The translations under genes and the position numbers were made by a program. From assembly GCF_009914755.1 (NCBI RefSeq), contig NC_060932.1: a DNA stretch of 64,000 nucleotides. One strand, given 5' to 3'. Shown here one piece after another: positions 30,853 through 42,648 of the stretch. Source of the stretch: the human T2T-CHM13v2.0 reference genome, Homo sapiens. The stretch's first letter is position 1. Every line of letters starts with the position of its first letter. The notes under the pieces are model-generated. The model was not told where the DNA came from. It saw only the letters and a list, made by a program, of their open reading frames with translations, and searched no databases.

Positions 30853-31256
30853 TTATATATATATTTATATATATATATTTATATATATATTTATATATAT
30901 ATTTATATATATATTTATATATATATTTTTATATATATTTATATATATATTTTTATATATATTTATATATATATTTTTATATATATTTATATATATATTT
31001 ATATATATATTTTTATATATATTTTTATATATAAACACACACACACACACACACACACATTACTCTCAGACTTTTATACAAGATTTCGTGATCTTGTATA
31101 AAAGACAAAAATTGCATTGAGGTTATATATATATACACATATATATGTGTATATACACACACACATATATGTATATATATATACACATATATATGTGTGT
31201 GTGTGTATATATATATACGCACACTACTCTCAGACTTATATACAAGATTTCATGAT
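30788..31256. repeat. Two-copy tandem duplication, each copy with a TA/CA microsatellite
   Basis: acaaaaattgcattgaggtt at 30795 and 31105; tactctcagactt.tatacaagatttc.tgat at 31061 and 31225. Confidence 0.93.
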
Positions 31257-32269
31257 GAGCAGCTAACAAAGAGACTGAATATCCTAACAAGGTCATTTTT
31301 AAATGATGTAACAGCAAAAAAATGGAAAGATTTTTCTTTGTTATAAGAGTATAGTAAAACCTAAATGAACAGAGTGCTAGAAAATTTTCCTACTTCAGCA
31401 ACCTATTATCAGAGTAATTTATATCTGCATTGATCTGCAAACCTAAATAAAGAACCAAACTATATTATATGTCAATTCAGGGGAATATTCTCTACATGTT
31501 TGAATTGTGTGTGACCAAGAATTGTGTTTCATTACAAATTTGTAGGGACTGCATTAGCTCCACCATGAACAAATTGCCTATTATAATATGTGCTAAATTT
31601 ATAAACAATTAAGTGATTTATATCTTCAACTGTGTTTCTTTTTTTAATGTTACTTCCTTGACTTTTAATTAGAGTCCTGGGAGGTAAGAGAGAGAAGAAG
31701 CAGAATTGCTTGTCCCAGTTAGTTCTGTATCATCAGTCATCATTAGGAAATTAATACGACTTTGCCATCCTCTTTTCTATCTAGATATACATGGGTATGT
31801 TAGAGTAGAAAATAACCACTTGAAACTTACAAAAGCAGGTGAGAAGGGTTAGAATACTGTTCAAGATATTGGGGTTACTAAGATCTCATGAGAACAAAGG
31901 GCTAAGGTTGTAGGTACTTCAGGGGAGGTAAAAGTAAATAAATTGCTAGAAAAGGTCAATACAGTCTCAGATTACTGTTGCTGGGAACCAAGATGGTAAG
32001 ACCCCTTGTGAATAGAGATATTAAAGGACAGGAAATCTTTCTATATTCTCAGCACTCCAGGAATAAATCACTGTGCACAGTCAGATAAGACTGAACTACA
32101 TTAATCTGTTAATACTAAGATCAATTATTTCATTACTCTTTAATATGCTAATAATCAGAAATCAGGGAAATTCTAGAGCTAATGATTGGCAGGAGAGAGA
32201 AGAAGCAGAGGTGTTGTGAGATCCATGTATCAAAAAATCAATCACAGAAACTTAAAAATGGATTCAAGT

Positions 32270-33100
32270 TTTCAATGTCAGACTAAAGACAAGTTTATCA
32301 ACTCTTCCTCCCATGACCTAATTACAGAAACAGGAATGACATTAAAGAAGGCAACCAATTAAAGAATGACATAAAAGTGACATAATTTCCAACAGAAATA
32401 ATGAACTGTAGAAGGGATCATCAGTGGACATAACATTTAATAAAATCTGTGGAAGTCAGAAAGCTGAGGAAGGGATGGTGACTACTGAATTGAGTGAAGG
32501 AAACCATAGCCTAGAATATCCTTGAGGGCCACTGCAGTGAAAGAGGCCTCTAATCTACCTGTAGGGTCCCACAGGTGCTATAGATTTAAAGAAGAGATCC
32601 CCAGCATAACGACTGGCTTTCTTCTCACTCAATTTAAAGCAAAGTCTGCCAGCCAGCAAGCTCAACTCACATACAGCACCCAGTCAGCCTTTCTGTTGCC
32701 TTATTCTTATATATAAACAAGCAACAAAGGATCATAGATATTTGAGGAAAGCCTGCAACACAAGAGAGACTGGATGAAAAAAATGCATCAGGAAAAACAG
32801 GAAAAATTTCAATAATGCAAAAAGAATTATATCCTTAAATTGGTGACCTCAGATATTTTTATGACTATACTACATATGCAAATGAGATAAGCATATTGTA
32901 AAAAATAAAAAATGAATTCCAATTCAAGATGGCAGATCAGCACATGCATTGATCTCTTTTTCCTATTGACTCCATGAAAACAATAGTAAAATAAAAAGGT
33001 ATAAACCTACATAAGTGGAGTGAGAAACTAGAAAATGTGAGATCAGAATAAGTTTCTGAAATCTAGAAAGAAATCCAGTGAACACTGGGAAATAATGAAG
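32270..33100 (+). mobile_element. Old L1M/HAL1 5'-region fragments
   Basis: ttcaagatggcagatcagcacatgcatt ... aaaaaggtataaacctaca at 32923 is typical of ancient L1/HAL1 5' ends. Confidence 0.5.
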
Positions 33101-33319
33101 CAGAGTGGCAGGCTTTCAAGCTAGAGAAACTTGACTTAATGTTACTAATGGGACCCTAATAAGGCCTATGGAAAAATGAATTTTAATATATTATTACAGA
33201 AGTCCAGGAGGAAGGCCATGAGAGCCACATGAAGACCACAAGTCTATGAAAGGCCATCCAATGTGTTGGTAGGTCCTATAAAAGAAATTAATGGAGAGGT
33301 CCTTAAAAAAGAAGCAATA

Positions 33320-33870
33320 ATTAGGGATTTACATTTGAATAACTTGACTTTGGAAAAGAGAAGACACACTTTTCCCAAATATTAGCAAAAGAAAATAATG
33401 GAGGCTGGATAAGAAGAGATGAGATCATGGACTGAGAATCAGATGGGTTTCAGGTAAGCTAGGGATGCAAGAGGAAAGGTAAAGGTTTTAAGCAGCTATT
33501 GAGAGAAATATGTAATGGAACTGACACAAGATGAGAAATCATTGCTCAGTAGCAGTGAGGTCTCAGTTGAAGCTGGAATGAGTCATAATCAAACAAATCA
33601 CCAGTGATTTTCTCTATTCATGCTCAGATGCCATAGGTATTAACACTGCAGAGAATCAAGAGGCCTGGTGATGCTTGTGTAGAATTGCTGAAACGGTTGA
33701 TCGTGGAGGACAGACAGGAGAGGAATCATGCAAATACTACCAGAAAAGGTTAATGGATGGGGGAATATAAAGGAGAAAGAAGCCTGCAAAAGCAATGAAA
33801 GCAAAGAACAGGCTTAGTGGAGGTAAGGCTGTTTGAGGTGAAAGACTTGGGGGCCATGATTACAACTGAA
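33320..33870 (-). mobile_element. L2 internal fragment
   Basis: cattgctcagtagcagtgaggtctcagttgaagctgg and purine-rich antisense L2 character. Confidence 0.55.
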
Positions 33871-34424
33871 ATACAGGGTCCTAACTCATAAAGTCAGTGT
33901 ATTGCATGTGAATGAGAAGATGCAAGGCATAGCTTTAAAGGTCACTAGATGGCATAGGGTATACATCTGGAGATCCATCTTAGCATTTTTTTGGTAACTA
34001 AGCATGTACTCTTTGTAGGTAATAGAGGTTTTTAAAAATTGTGTGTATGTATGTATCAAAATGAATCAAAACAATTAGGATAAAAATAGCTTATGTAAAG
34101 GTCCTTGGTAAGATGATAGCAAAATAAACATTCTGAATAAGGCATGTCAGAGTAAACTGTAGTTATTTTTGTCCCTCAAAAGCAAATTTTCTAATAGTGG
34201 TGTACATGTGGCAGATCTATTTCTAGGAAAGCAATAAATTGTGTTGAAAAGAGACAAGACATATGCCTCACTCATGACTACTAGTAAGAAATAATAATTT
34301 CTGCATGACCAGTCAATGGTCAAAAGATATAAAAGGTTAGAAAGAAGGTATTTGGATAAACAATCCAAGGATGATATGTTAATGCAGATTCTTTAATCTA
34401 TCATGTAGGTTAAATACATTTAAT

Positions 34425-34870
34425 GTATACTATTTTGGCTATCTCTTGCTATATGATAAGCCACTCCAAAATTTAGCAGCTTAAAGAACAATAATGACAT
34501 TATTGTGCAGAAGTCTATGGATGGATTGGGATCAGCTGTGCAGTTCCTCTCATTCGTGAAGAGTTGTTAGGGGCTGAAGACAACTGAGTACTCAAGTGGG
34601 CAGGACTGTTGAGAGCACTTGGTTAGCAGTTGGCTGGAAGTTCAGTTGGGGATCTTGACCAAGATGCCTCTCTGTTCCTCCATGTGGTTTTCCATATATC
34701 TTGGCCTTCTCACAACACCATGGCTGGGTTTGAATATTAAGAATTCCAGGTAGAAGCTGAAGATCTCTTAAGGCCCAAGTTTAAAAGTTACACCTGTCAC
34801 ATCTGCTGCTTTCTACTTGTCAAAACTAGTTTTGAATCTGGCCAGATTCAATTTACAGTGGTGATGTGTG
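34425..34870 (-). mobile_element. MLT1H-like MaLR LTR
   Basis: gctatctcttgctatatgataagccactccaaaatttagcagcttaaagaacaat ... ttcctccatgtgg ... ggccagattcaa. Confidence 0.75.
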
Positions 34871-35089
34871 GGAGTATCTTACTATATATATGTATAATCA
34901 AAGTAATATATGCATATATATTTTAAAAATCAAATAGTAAGAAGGTCTTGTGTGAAAAGTAATGAGTCCCTGACTGGCCTCCACTCTCTGCTCCACTGCA
35001 AAGATGAACACTTACTTGTTACTGTTTTCAGTTATTTTGATAGCTGTCTCAATCAGGGTCTGGGATTTGAATTTAATATTTTGTTTTAT

Positions 35090-35183
35090 GTTTAAAACAA
35101 TTTTTGTAGAGACAAGGTCTCACTGTGTTGCCCAGGCTGGTCTCAAACTCCTGGGCTCAAGCGATCCTCCCACCTCAGCCTCT
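35090..35183 (-). mobile_element. Alu left-monomer fragment (FLAM/AluJ)
   Basis: gtagagacaaggtctcactgtgttgcccaggctggtctcaaactcctgggctcaagcgatcc. Confidence 0.85.
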
Positions 35184-35189
35184 GATATT

Positions 35190-35605
35190 TGAATGTACAT
35201 TGCTGACAAGTGAATGACGTAGTCTGTTACTGTTCGAGTGATGCTCCTAGGTCTGTGAAAAATGATGCATTACTGACAGCACAGCGAGTAACATGTGCAT
35301 TGTCTTGTTTGTGTTAGTTCCCTTTGTCCTCTCAAGTCCCACGGGATGACAAGGAGGGTCCAGACAAATGTCAGCCGCACATGCAGTGAATTGTGTGACA
35401 GGATCACTGAGCTTAGGGAGTCCACTGTTTCATTATAAGCAGTAAACAAGCCTGCTCTCTGACCTGTGGGAGATATTACTTCATTATTTAAGGTTGCTGA
35501 CAGCAAACGCAGTCTGACATGTGGTTCAGGTCTGGGCCTTGCATTTCTAGCATACCCAGCAAGGTGTGTTTGAGCACGAGACCCCAGGAGGAGTGTCTCC
35601 CACAT
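35190..35605 (-). mobile_element. LTR40-family (ERVL) LTR
   Basis: Reverse strand begins tgtgggagacactcctcc...cttgctgggtatgctagaaatgcaaggccc...gagcaggcttgtttactgct...ccctaagctcagtg. Confidence 0.75.
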
Positions 35606-35614
35606 CTCTAAATC

Positions 35615-35811
35615 AGGATTTGACTTTTTTTTTCTCTAAATGGCTACATAGCAAATAGCTTAGGCTTTATGGGCCACATATAGTCTCCGTCACACATTCT
35701 TCTGTTTTGACCACTCTTTAAAGATAAATGAAAGCATTCTTAGTTCACCAGGCATACAAAAACAGGTCATGGGTTGGATTTGGCCTGCGAGCCATTGTTT
35801 GCTGACCCCTG
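35615..35811. mobile_element. MER58-family hAT MITE
   Basis: ttaggctttatgggccac ... ggatttggcctgcgagccattgtttgctgacccctg. Confidence 0.8.
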
Positions 35812-36967
35812 CTCTTAACAATATATACCTTAAAAATAATTTATTAACATTGGACCTTATCTATTGATTTTTATCTGTGCTAGAGAAGAATATAATTCAC
35901 TTTCACTTCACCTTTGTCCCTTTCTATGTATTTAGTTTTTAGTTCTCTATTAATGAAATTTGCAACTGTAAGTAATATACAACTATTAATAGCTCTATTT
36001 TCTGTTCTATTAATTGTGGGTAGTGCCTTTGGACTCCACAGTTTGTAAAATGAGATTATTGGTGTCTTTTCCCTTCCTGTTATCTCTCCCTCTCTAGCTT
36101 CATCTCCCAGCTTATGCAATTACTTTTACAACATTAGTGTTATTTTTATTTGTATTCAGTTCCCTAACTATAACTTTTAATACTTTTATACAGAATAATT
36201 ATAAACTTTTAAAATGTAAACAATATTTGTACCATGACTATTAAATATTGTTCACTTGACTGCCAAGAATCAAACTCTGATTAAGTTTCCTTTCTGACAC
36301 AACTTTTTGTTTTCCCTGGGGCTACTACTTGCCTTACATATTTTTATTTTATTTTCTATCATTATTGCATTCTTCAATTCTTAAAATTTCTCAAGGATAG
36401 TATCATATCTATGAAATCTCTATTTCCCAGATATCTTTCTTGGAACCTTTCATATTCTAACTCCAGTATGAATTGATTGCTCTCTTAGGCTCATTGAACC
36501 GCCAATTTTTTGGGATTTTTAAAATTAATCTGCTGCATTGGCTGATATTTCCTGGATCTTATGTCTTTTTTCTTGTTTGATTTATCTCTTTATTTGGCTG
36601 GAGCACATTTTCAAGTAATATTATAAAAGAGGATACATGAGACATAGTTTTCAGTTCTTGGTTGTTTAGAAATATTTTTTATTCTGCAGTCACATTTGGT
36701 TGATAGTTTTTTAGGTATAGAATTCTAGATTGAAAATAATTTTCCTTCAAAATTCTGGAGGCATTCTTCCATAACTTTTAACATCTCATGTTACTGATAA
36801 GTAGTCTAATTCCAGTTCCTTTGTAATTATTACCTAGAACATGTATGGAGTGGGTTGAAATTGAGGCCAGCTGATCTATCTACCTTGCAAAATTCTGTAG
36901 TTGGCTAGGACTATGACATTTCAATAATAATAGAATGTAGAAACAAGAGATAGGACTAAAAGGTCGG

Positions 36968-37597
36968 TGTGGTAGTCAGAGTGGCTTCTTCAAAATTATC
37001 CATACCCTAACTCCTAGGACCTGTGAATATGTTACATTACATGGCTAAAGTGACTTCACCGATATAATTAAATTTACAGACCTTAAGACAGGAAAGTTAT
37101 TCTGGATTATCTGGGTGGACCCAGTCTAATCACAGGAGACCTTAAAAGCAAAGAACTTTCTCTGGATGGAGTCAGAGGGATAAGACAGAAGGAAAAGTCA
37201 GAGAGATTTGAAGCATGAGAGAGACTCAACCTGCTGTGGCTGCAGAGGACCACATGGAAAGCATGGGAAGAAATGCAGGTATCATAGAAGAGTAAAAACC
37301 TGCCTCAACTGACAGCCAGCAAGGAAATGAGGGTCTCATTCCTGCAACCACAAGAAACTGAACTCGGCCAACAGACTCCATGAAGTAGGTTGGAAGTGGA
37401 TTCTCCCCAAAGTGTCCAGTAAGGAATGCAGCCCTGCCAACACCTGGATTGCAGCCTTATGAGTCCATCAGCAGAGGACCCAGCTGAGGTCCCATGGACT
37501 TCTGACCTACAGAAACTGTGAGATCATATGTCTGTGTTATTTTAAGTTACTGAGTATATCTGGTGATTTAGTATGGCAGCAACAGGTAACTAATAGA
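36968..37597 (+). mobile_element. MLT1E-family MaLR solo LTR, full length
   Basis: tgtggtagtcaga ... cctgtgaatatgttacattacatggc ... gacttctgacctacagaaactgtgagat ... ggcagcaacaggtaactaata. Confidence 0.85.
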
Positions 37598-37879
37598 GAA
37601 GGTCATTAGTTGAAATCTATATGAAAAAAAAGTTAATGGCCCTATCCTTTTTTCTAACTTTCTTCACACATAATATTCATCATCAGGTTTGCCTACAATT
37701 GAAGTCAAAAAATAGCAAAGTCATTTTTCTGAAGAAATATAATCATCTGCACTCTGCAGAGGCAAGGCAGCTTTAAGAGCTTTGACTTGCATGTTGGTGG
37801 TTCAGAGACTCTCCAGCATGGTGGCCAGTTGCCTGCTCTCATGCCATAAAGCAAAATCTGCCAATCTGGCTTCCAAAGA

Positions 37880-38660
37880 ACACAAATGGTTATCCCTAGA
37901 CTAGTCAAATCAAGTATAAAATGTGAAAGAGTGAGGCAAATACAGAAAGAGAGAAAAAAAATAACCACAGAGGAAATAGAAAACACAACTAATAGGAAAT
38001 TTCTAAAAATTAAAAGAAAATACAGGAAGGGGAACGTCACACTCTGGGGACTGTTGTGGGGTTGGGGGGAGAGGGGAGGGATAGCATTAGGAGATATACC
38101 TAATGCTAAATGACGAGTTAATGGGTGCAGCACACCAGCATGGCACATGTATACATATGTAACTAACCTGCACATTGTGCACATGTACCCTAAAACTTAA
38201 AGTATAATAATAATAATAAAAAGAAAATATTTCATAATAGAACACTAATTAGTATTCTAGGGTTATTTGAGAAGGTTGCATTGATAATGCAAAAATAGGA
38301 CACTAAACAAAAACAATATCTAAACAATTAGAAAACATACGAAATAACCCTTGGGAAAGCAAAAAATGATGAATGGAAGAAAAAAAACCCAAATAAATTT
38401 AAAGGTTGAAAACAAAAATCAAGGAAATTTTCTAGCAAGTAACAAAACAAAACAAAAACAATATAAAAAACCTATACCATTGGGAAATAAATGAGAAAAT
38501 ATTATAGACTAGAAGACCAAGCCAGGAAGCTCAATATCTAGTTAAAAAGAGTTTCAGAAAATAACAGAGAAACAGATGACAGAAAATTTTGGAAGAAATA
38601 ACACAGTCTTTTTCAAAATTTCATGAGGGATATGTGTCTCTAGTTTAAAAGGGTAAATAC
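37880..38660 (+). mobile_element. Old L1/HAL1 ORF1 remnant hosting a young L1 fragment
   Basis: A-rich degenerate ORF1-type DNA (agactagaagaccaagccaggaagctcaatatctagtt). Confidence 0.55.
38023..38218 (+). mobile_element. 5'-truncated L1PA2/L1PA3-type 3'UTR insertion
   Basis: ggagatatacctaatgctaaatgacgagttaatgggtgcagcacaccagcatgg. TSD aaaagaaaata 38012-38022 / 38219-38229. Confidence 0.92.
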
Positions 38661-38699
38661 AGGCATATAATTTTTCCTCTTTCCGTCACTTGGATAGAA

Positions 38700-39141
38700 A
38701 AAAAAAATCTATCTTAGCATTTTATATGCTCATATTGCTACATAGTTCTGCTTGAGTGGGGCTGCCTTTGGGGAAAAGTTGTGAGAAAAGAAGGAGAAGA
38801 AAACAATGAGGATTCCCCTACATTAATTGGATCACAGGACCCATCTCTGTCAGTTCTTCTGGCTAGAAAGACTGGTTTAAGGTATCTGAACTATTTTTCC
38901 ATTGCTTTAGTGCAGTTCTGTGGCTCAGGTTCTATTGGGTTAGAGTCAGGAGGTAAAAAATGAAAAAACCAGGAAAATCATGCCTGTTATGGTTCATTCT
39001 TCAGGTTTTGGCACACCTCTCCAATTCATCTTTTCAGAGTTCTCAGATTTTGATTTTTTAAATTTTGACCAGAATTTTTAGGTATAATCAGTCGAAAAAC
39101 AAGTAAGGGTGTGCTTACTCCATTGTGGCCAACTCTGGAAA
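38700..39141 (-). mobile_element. Old L1M 5' end
   Basis: Ends gtgtgcttactccattgtggccaactctggaa, antisense of an L1M 5' terminus. Confidence 0.55.
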
Positions 39142-39744
39142 TATAAAGCAGGTTTTAAATATTTAAGTATCTTAAGTATAAAATGAAAAATCCAGGAAGT
39201 TAGAAATATGAGACAAGATAAAAAGGTATATGGTTATCTATGGAAAGATTAATAAATTAAGTAATTGAATCAACAACGTCTCAGTTTCCATCTAGTGTAG
39301 GACTATGACACTTTACTTTTGGAGTAATTGAACTCACATCAAAGAACATTAATAAGGAGATATAAGGCTTGGTATTATAATGAAGGTGGAGGCAGCAAAG
39401 GTGATAAGTGGTTTGAGAAAACTCATAAAATGCGTAGACTTCTGAAACTTAGACTACAAAGTGCTAAGGAGGAGAATTGCCTGGCAGACTGCTGTTTATA
39501 TATCTTTGTCTCTCTAATGGTGTTTAGTACAGTGCCTTACACATAGTAATGACATAAATGCCCAAAGAAAGGTTCAACTGATAATGACTGCAATGAAATT
39601 ACTGAGCTGGTATGAAAAAGATCAAGAGTGAGTCCTGTTGTAATTGTTTTAGTCAGATGATGAACATTTTGTAGGGTATCAAGACTGGAATAGATGGAGA
39701 TGAGATGGACCCATCTTGTTGAGGACATTAACTTTGAAAAAGAA

Positions 39745-40041
39745 GACCAGTATGGTGGCTCATGCCTATAATCTCAGCACTTTGGGAAAGCCAAGGCAGG
39801 AGGATTACTTGAGCCCAGGAATTTGAGACTAGTCAGGGCAACATGGCAAGACTCCGTCTCTACCAAAAAAAAAAAAAAAATTAGCTGGGCATGGTGGTGA
39901 ACACCTGTGATTTGTGATTCCAGCTACCCTGAGATGGGAGAATCACTTGATCCCAGGTTGAGACTGTAGTGAGCTATTTTCATGCCACTGCACTTCAATC
40001 TGGGCAACAGAGTGAGGCCCTGTCTCAACAACAACAACAAA

Positions 40042-40073
<32 letters not shown>

Positions 40074-40090
40074 AAAAGAAAGAAAAATAA
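39745..40090 (+). mobile_element. AluJ with long compound A tail
   Basis: ggaggattacttgagcccaggaatttgagac; tail 40027-40090. Confidence 0.9.
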
Positions 40091-40610
40091 ATCAGAAAGT
40101 GATCAGCAAGTATTTTGTCAAAAAATTTAATGGTACCAGCAGCTTGTGATATTTGTGATGTTAGGCTCTAGTTTCAGCAGTATTTGGGGAAAAAAAAAAG
40201 ACAAAAAAAAGACTATGAGTCATGAAGCTTGATCATTAATAGCACAATCTTTTCATGAAATTTCTACCATCATTTATCAAAATTTGCTCATCCTTTCATT
40301 ATATCAAATAACAATATAAAAAAGACTTAATGGATTCTTTAAGTAGCTTAGCTTTTGGCACTGAAGAATCATTTTCAAAATTAATATATACAAGGAATTT
40401 TAAGCATAGGAAATCCATTTGAACTATCAAACTCTTATAAAAGTTTACATTATATGTTTATTAAATCTAGGCTATATGTAAAGACTTGTGTAGGAGATTT
40501 CTTAACAGGACTCCAAAAAGCACTAATCCTAAGAAAATCTGTTAAGCTGTACTACATTAAATTTAAGAACTTCTGTCTGTCAAAAGATACATTTAAGAGA
40601 AACAAAGCAA

Positions 40611-40719
40611 GTGGGATGGCCAACCATCCCAGTTTGCCCAGGACTAAGGGCTTTCTTGCAACATAAATTTTTAGTGCTAAAACTGGAAGAGTCCTAGACA
40701 AATCAGGATGGTCACTCTA
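40611..40719. mobile_element. MER94-like hAT-Blackjack MITE
   Basis: gggatggccaaccatcccagtttgcccaggact ... tttttagtgctaaaactgg ... ggtcactct. Confidence 0.72.
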
Positions 40720-40759
40720 AAGACAAGCAACAAAGGAGTGACAATATTTGCAAAATGTC

Positions 40760-41300
40760 TGTAGGATCTGACAACTGGGACCACCTGCATCTACAGGGCT
40801 TAGTTCTCAAGACTGGAAACAGACCACTTACAATTTGTTCTGAAAAGTTTGCCAAGAAAGATAAGACTGAAAACAATACATAACTTCACTACTTGCTTCA
40901 GGAAATTCATGAAAACTAATTTTTCCAAAGAGTAGATTGCTCATCTAGAAAAACGGCCCCCTTCTCAGGACGGTAGTTTGCTTACTTAGTGGAAAATCTC
41001 ATAAAACAACTGTTTGTTTATGAAGACTCACTTTATGACCGTTGCCTTGTTGTCCCTCAATCCTATACTAATTTATTATGAATTTTTCCCAGTCCCAATC
41101 AGATGTCTGTATTGAAAGATTCATAAATCATTTGATTTTAGATTTTAAAAAATTCCACGGATATCCGCTCTTGTCTTCCCTTTTCTGAGACTGAAGAGTG
41201 TCAAACTGATGCTTTTCATCACAATAGTAGGTTAAGATATTTGGTTTTGCTTCATCATTAGGTTAATTTAATAGTCTCTGAGGGGAGTTGGCAGTTGACA
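40760..41300 (+). mobile_element. ERV1-class solo LTR (MER31/89/90-like; subfamily uncertain)
   Basis: TG...CA termini (tgtagg ... gttgaca), 4-bp near-TSD tgtc/agtc; interrupts collinear L1. Confidence 0.65.
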
Positions 41301-42098
41301 AGTCTCTTTTAGAATATATAATGAATTCTTAAACATATAAGAAAATGAGAAGATCACCCAATATAAAAATTGGCAAAAGACTTGAACAAGCAGTTTACAA
41401 AAGAAAATACACACATAGCTAACAAACATAAAAAGGGCTCAACTTCATTAGACATCAAGAAAATGCACATTAATATTGTCCAGCAGAATGACTCAAATTA
41501 CAAAGTGCTGGGGAAGAATATTATACATTGTTGATGGGAGTGTAAATTGGTGCGGTTACTTTGGAAAATAGTTTGGTATTATCAGTAAAAAACAAACATT
41601 TGTGTATTTTATGAATCAGAATTTCCACTCCTAGGCATAACACCCCCAAATAAACAATGAATATGTACACCAAAAGACATGCACAAGAATACTAACAGTA
41701 GTATCATTTGTTAGAATCCCAAATATTCATCAACAGTAGAACAGAGAAAGTATTGTATGTTTATACAATAGTTCATAGCAATTAAATTGAATAAACTACA
41801 GATTTTGCAACAATATGGGTTAAGTACACAAACATAATATTGAGATAAAGAAATTGGTCACAAAAGAGTACCTATTGTGTGAGTCCATTAATGTAGAATT
41901 CAAAATATTCCAAACTAATCTCTGGTATTAGAAATCAGGATATTGGTTACCTTTTGGGGGGTTACAACAGGAAGCGATCTGGACAGGCTTCTGGGATACT
42001 AGCTGCGCTTTATTTCTGGAACTAGATGATGATTACACAGGTGTGCTCATTTAGTGATGACTGAACTGTACAGTTATTAGCCACTTATTGGTATGTAT

Positions 42099-42648
42099 GT
42101 GTTCCAGTTATCTATTGCTTTGCAACAAATCATCTCCATTGCAGTGACGTGAAACAAGAACAGTCATTTATCATTTTTATGAATCTGCAATTTGGGCTGG
42201 GCTTAGTAGGGACAGTTTGTCTCTGTTCCTTGCTTCATCAGCTGGAGTGGCTTGAAGACCAAGAAGGCTTCAAGGCTGAGGGCTGGAATCATCAGAGGAC
42301 TTCTTGCTCACATATCTGCCTGTTAATGCTGACTACTGGCTGGGGCCTCATCTGAGGCTTTTGGCTAGAATGCCTACGAAGGGCTTTTCCATATGGCTGC
42401 TTGGCTTTCTCATAGCATGGTGGCTGGGTGTCAAGAGTGAGCCTACTAATAGAGCAAGGTATTTTTATAATCTAGTGACTCAGTGTTGCTTCCACCATAC
42501 TCCAATGGTTAAGGGAAGTCTATTCAGGTTCAAAGGAAGGGCATAGACCTCACTGCTCAATGGCAGGAAAGTCAATGTCACCTGTAAGAATATTATGTGG
42601 GATGGTATATATTATCGTGGACTTCTTTGAAAAATACAATTTGCAGAA
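42099..42648 (-). mobile_element. MLT1F/G-like MaLR LTR
   Basis: ttccagttatctattgct ... tgaatctgcaatttgggctgggct ... tttgaaaaatacaattt. Confidence 0.8.

Larger units (their letters stand above)
34890..36830 (-). mobile_element. HAL1/L1ME-like element interrupted by an Alu fragment, LTR40 and MER58
   Basis: 3'-end-like aaatcaaatagtaagaagg at 34926; ORF1-like antisense gatagttttttaggtatagaattctagattgaaaataattttccttcaaaatt at 36702. Confidence 0.6.
40470..42098 (+). mobile_element. L1ME/MC 3' region interrupted by MER94 and an ERV1 LTR
   Basis: tacattaaatttaagaacttctgtctgtcaaaagatac; ggcaaaagacttgaacaagc; gggagtgtaaattggt. Confidence 0.8.

Noticed and set aside
30770-31317. IYIF/YIYL-repeat ORFs as membrane peptides
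   Set aside because: Artefacts of TA/CA microsatellites.
35190-35605. GC-richer island with TGATG/CTGA motifs as a snoRNA or exon
   Set aside because: The reverse strand matches an LTR40-type LTR.
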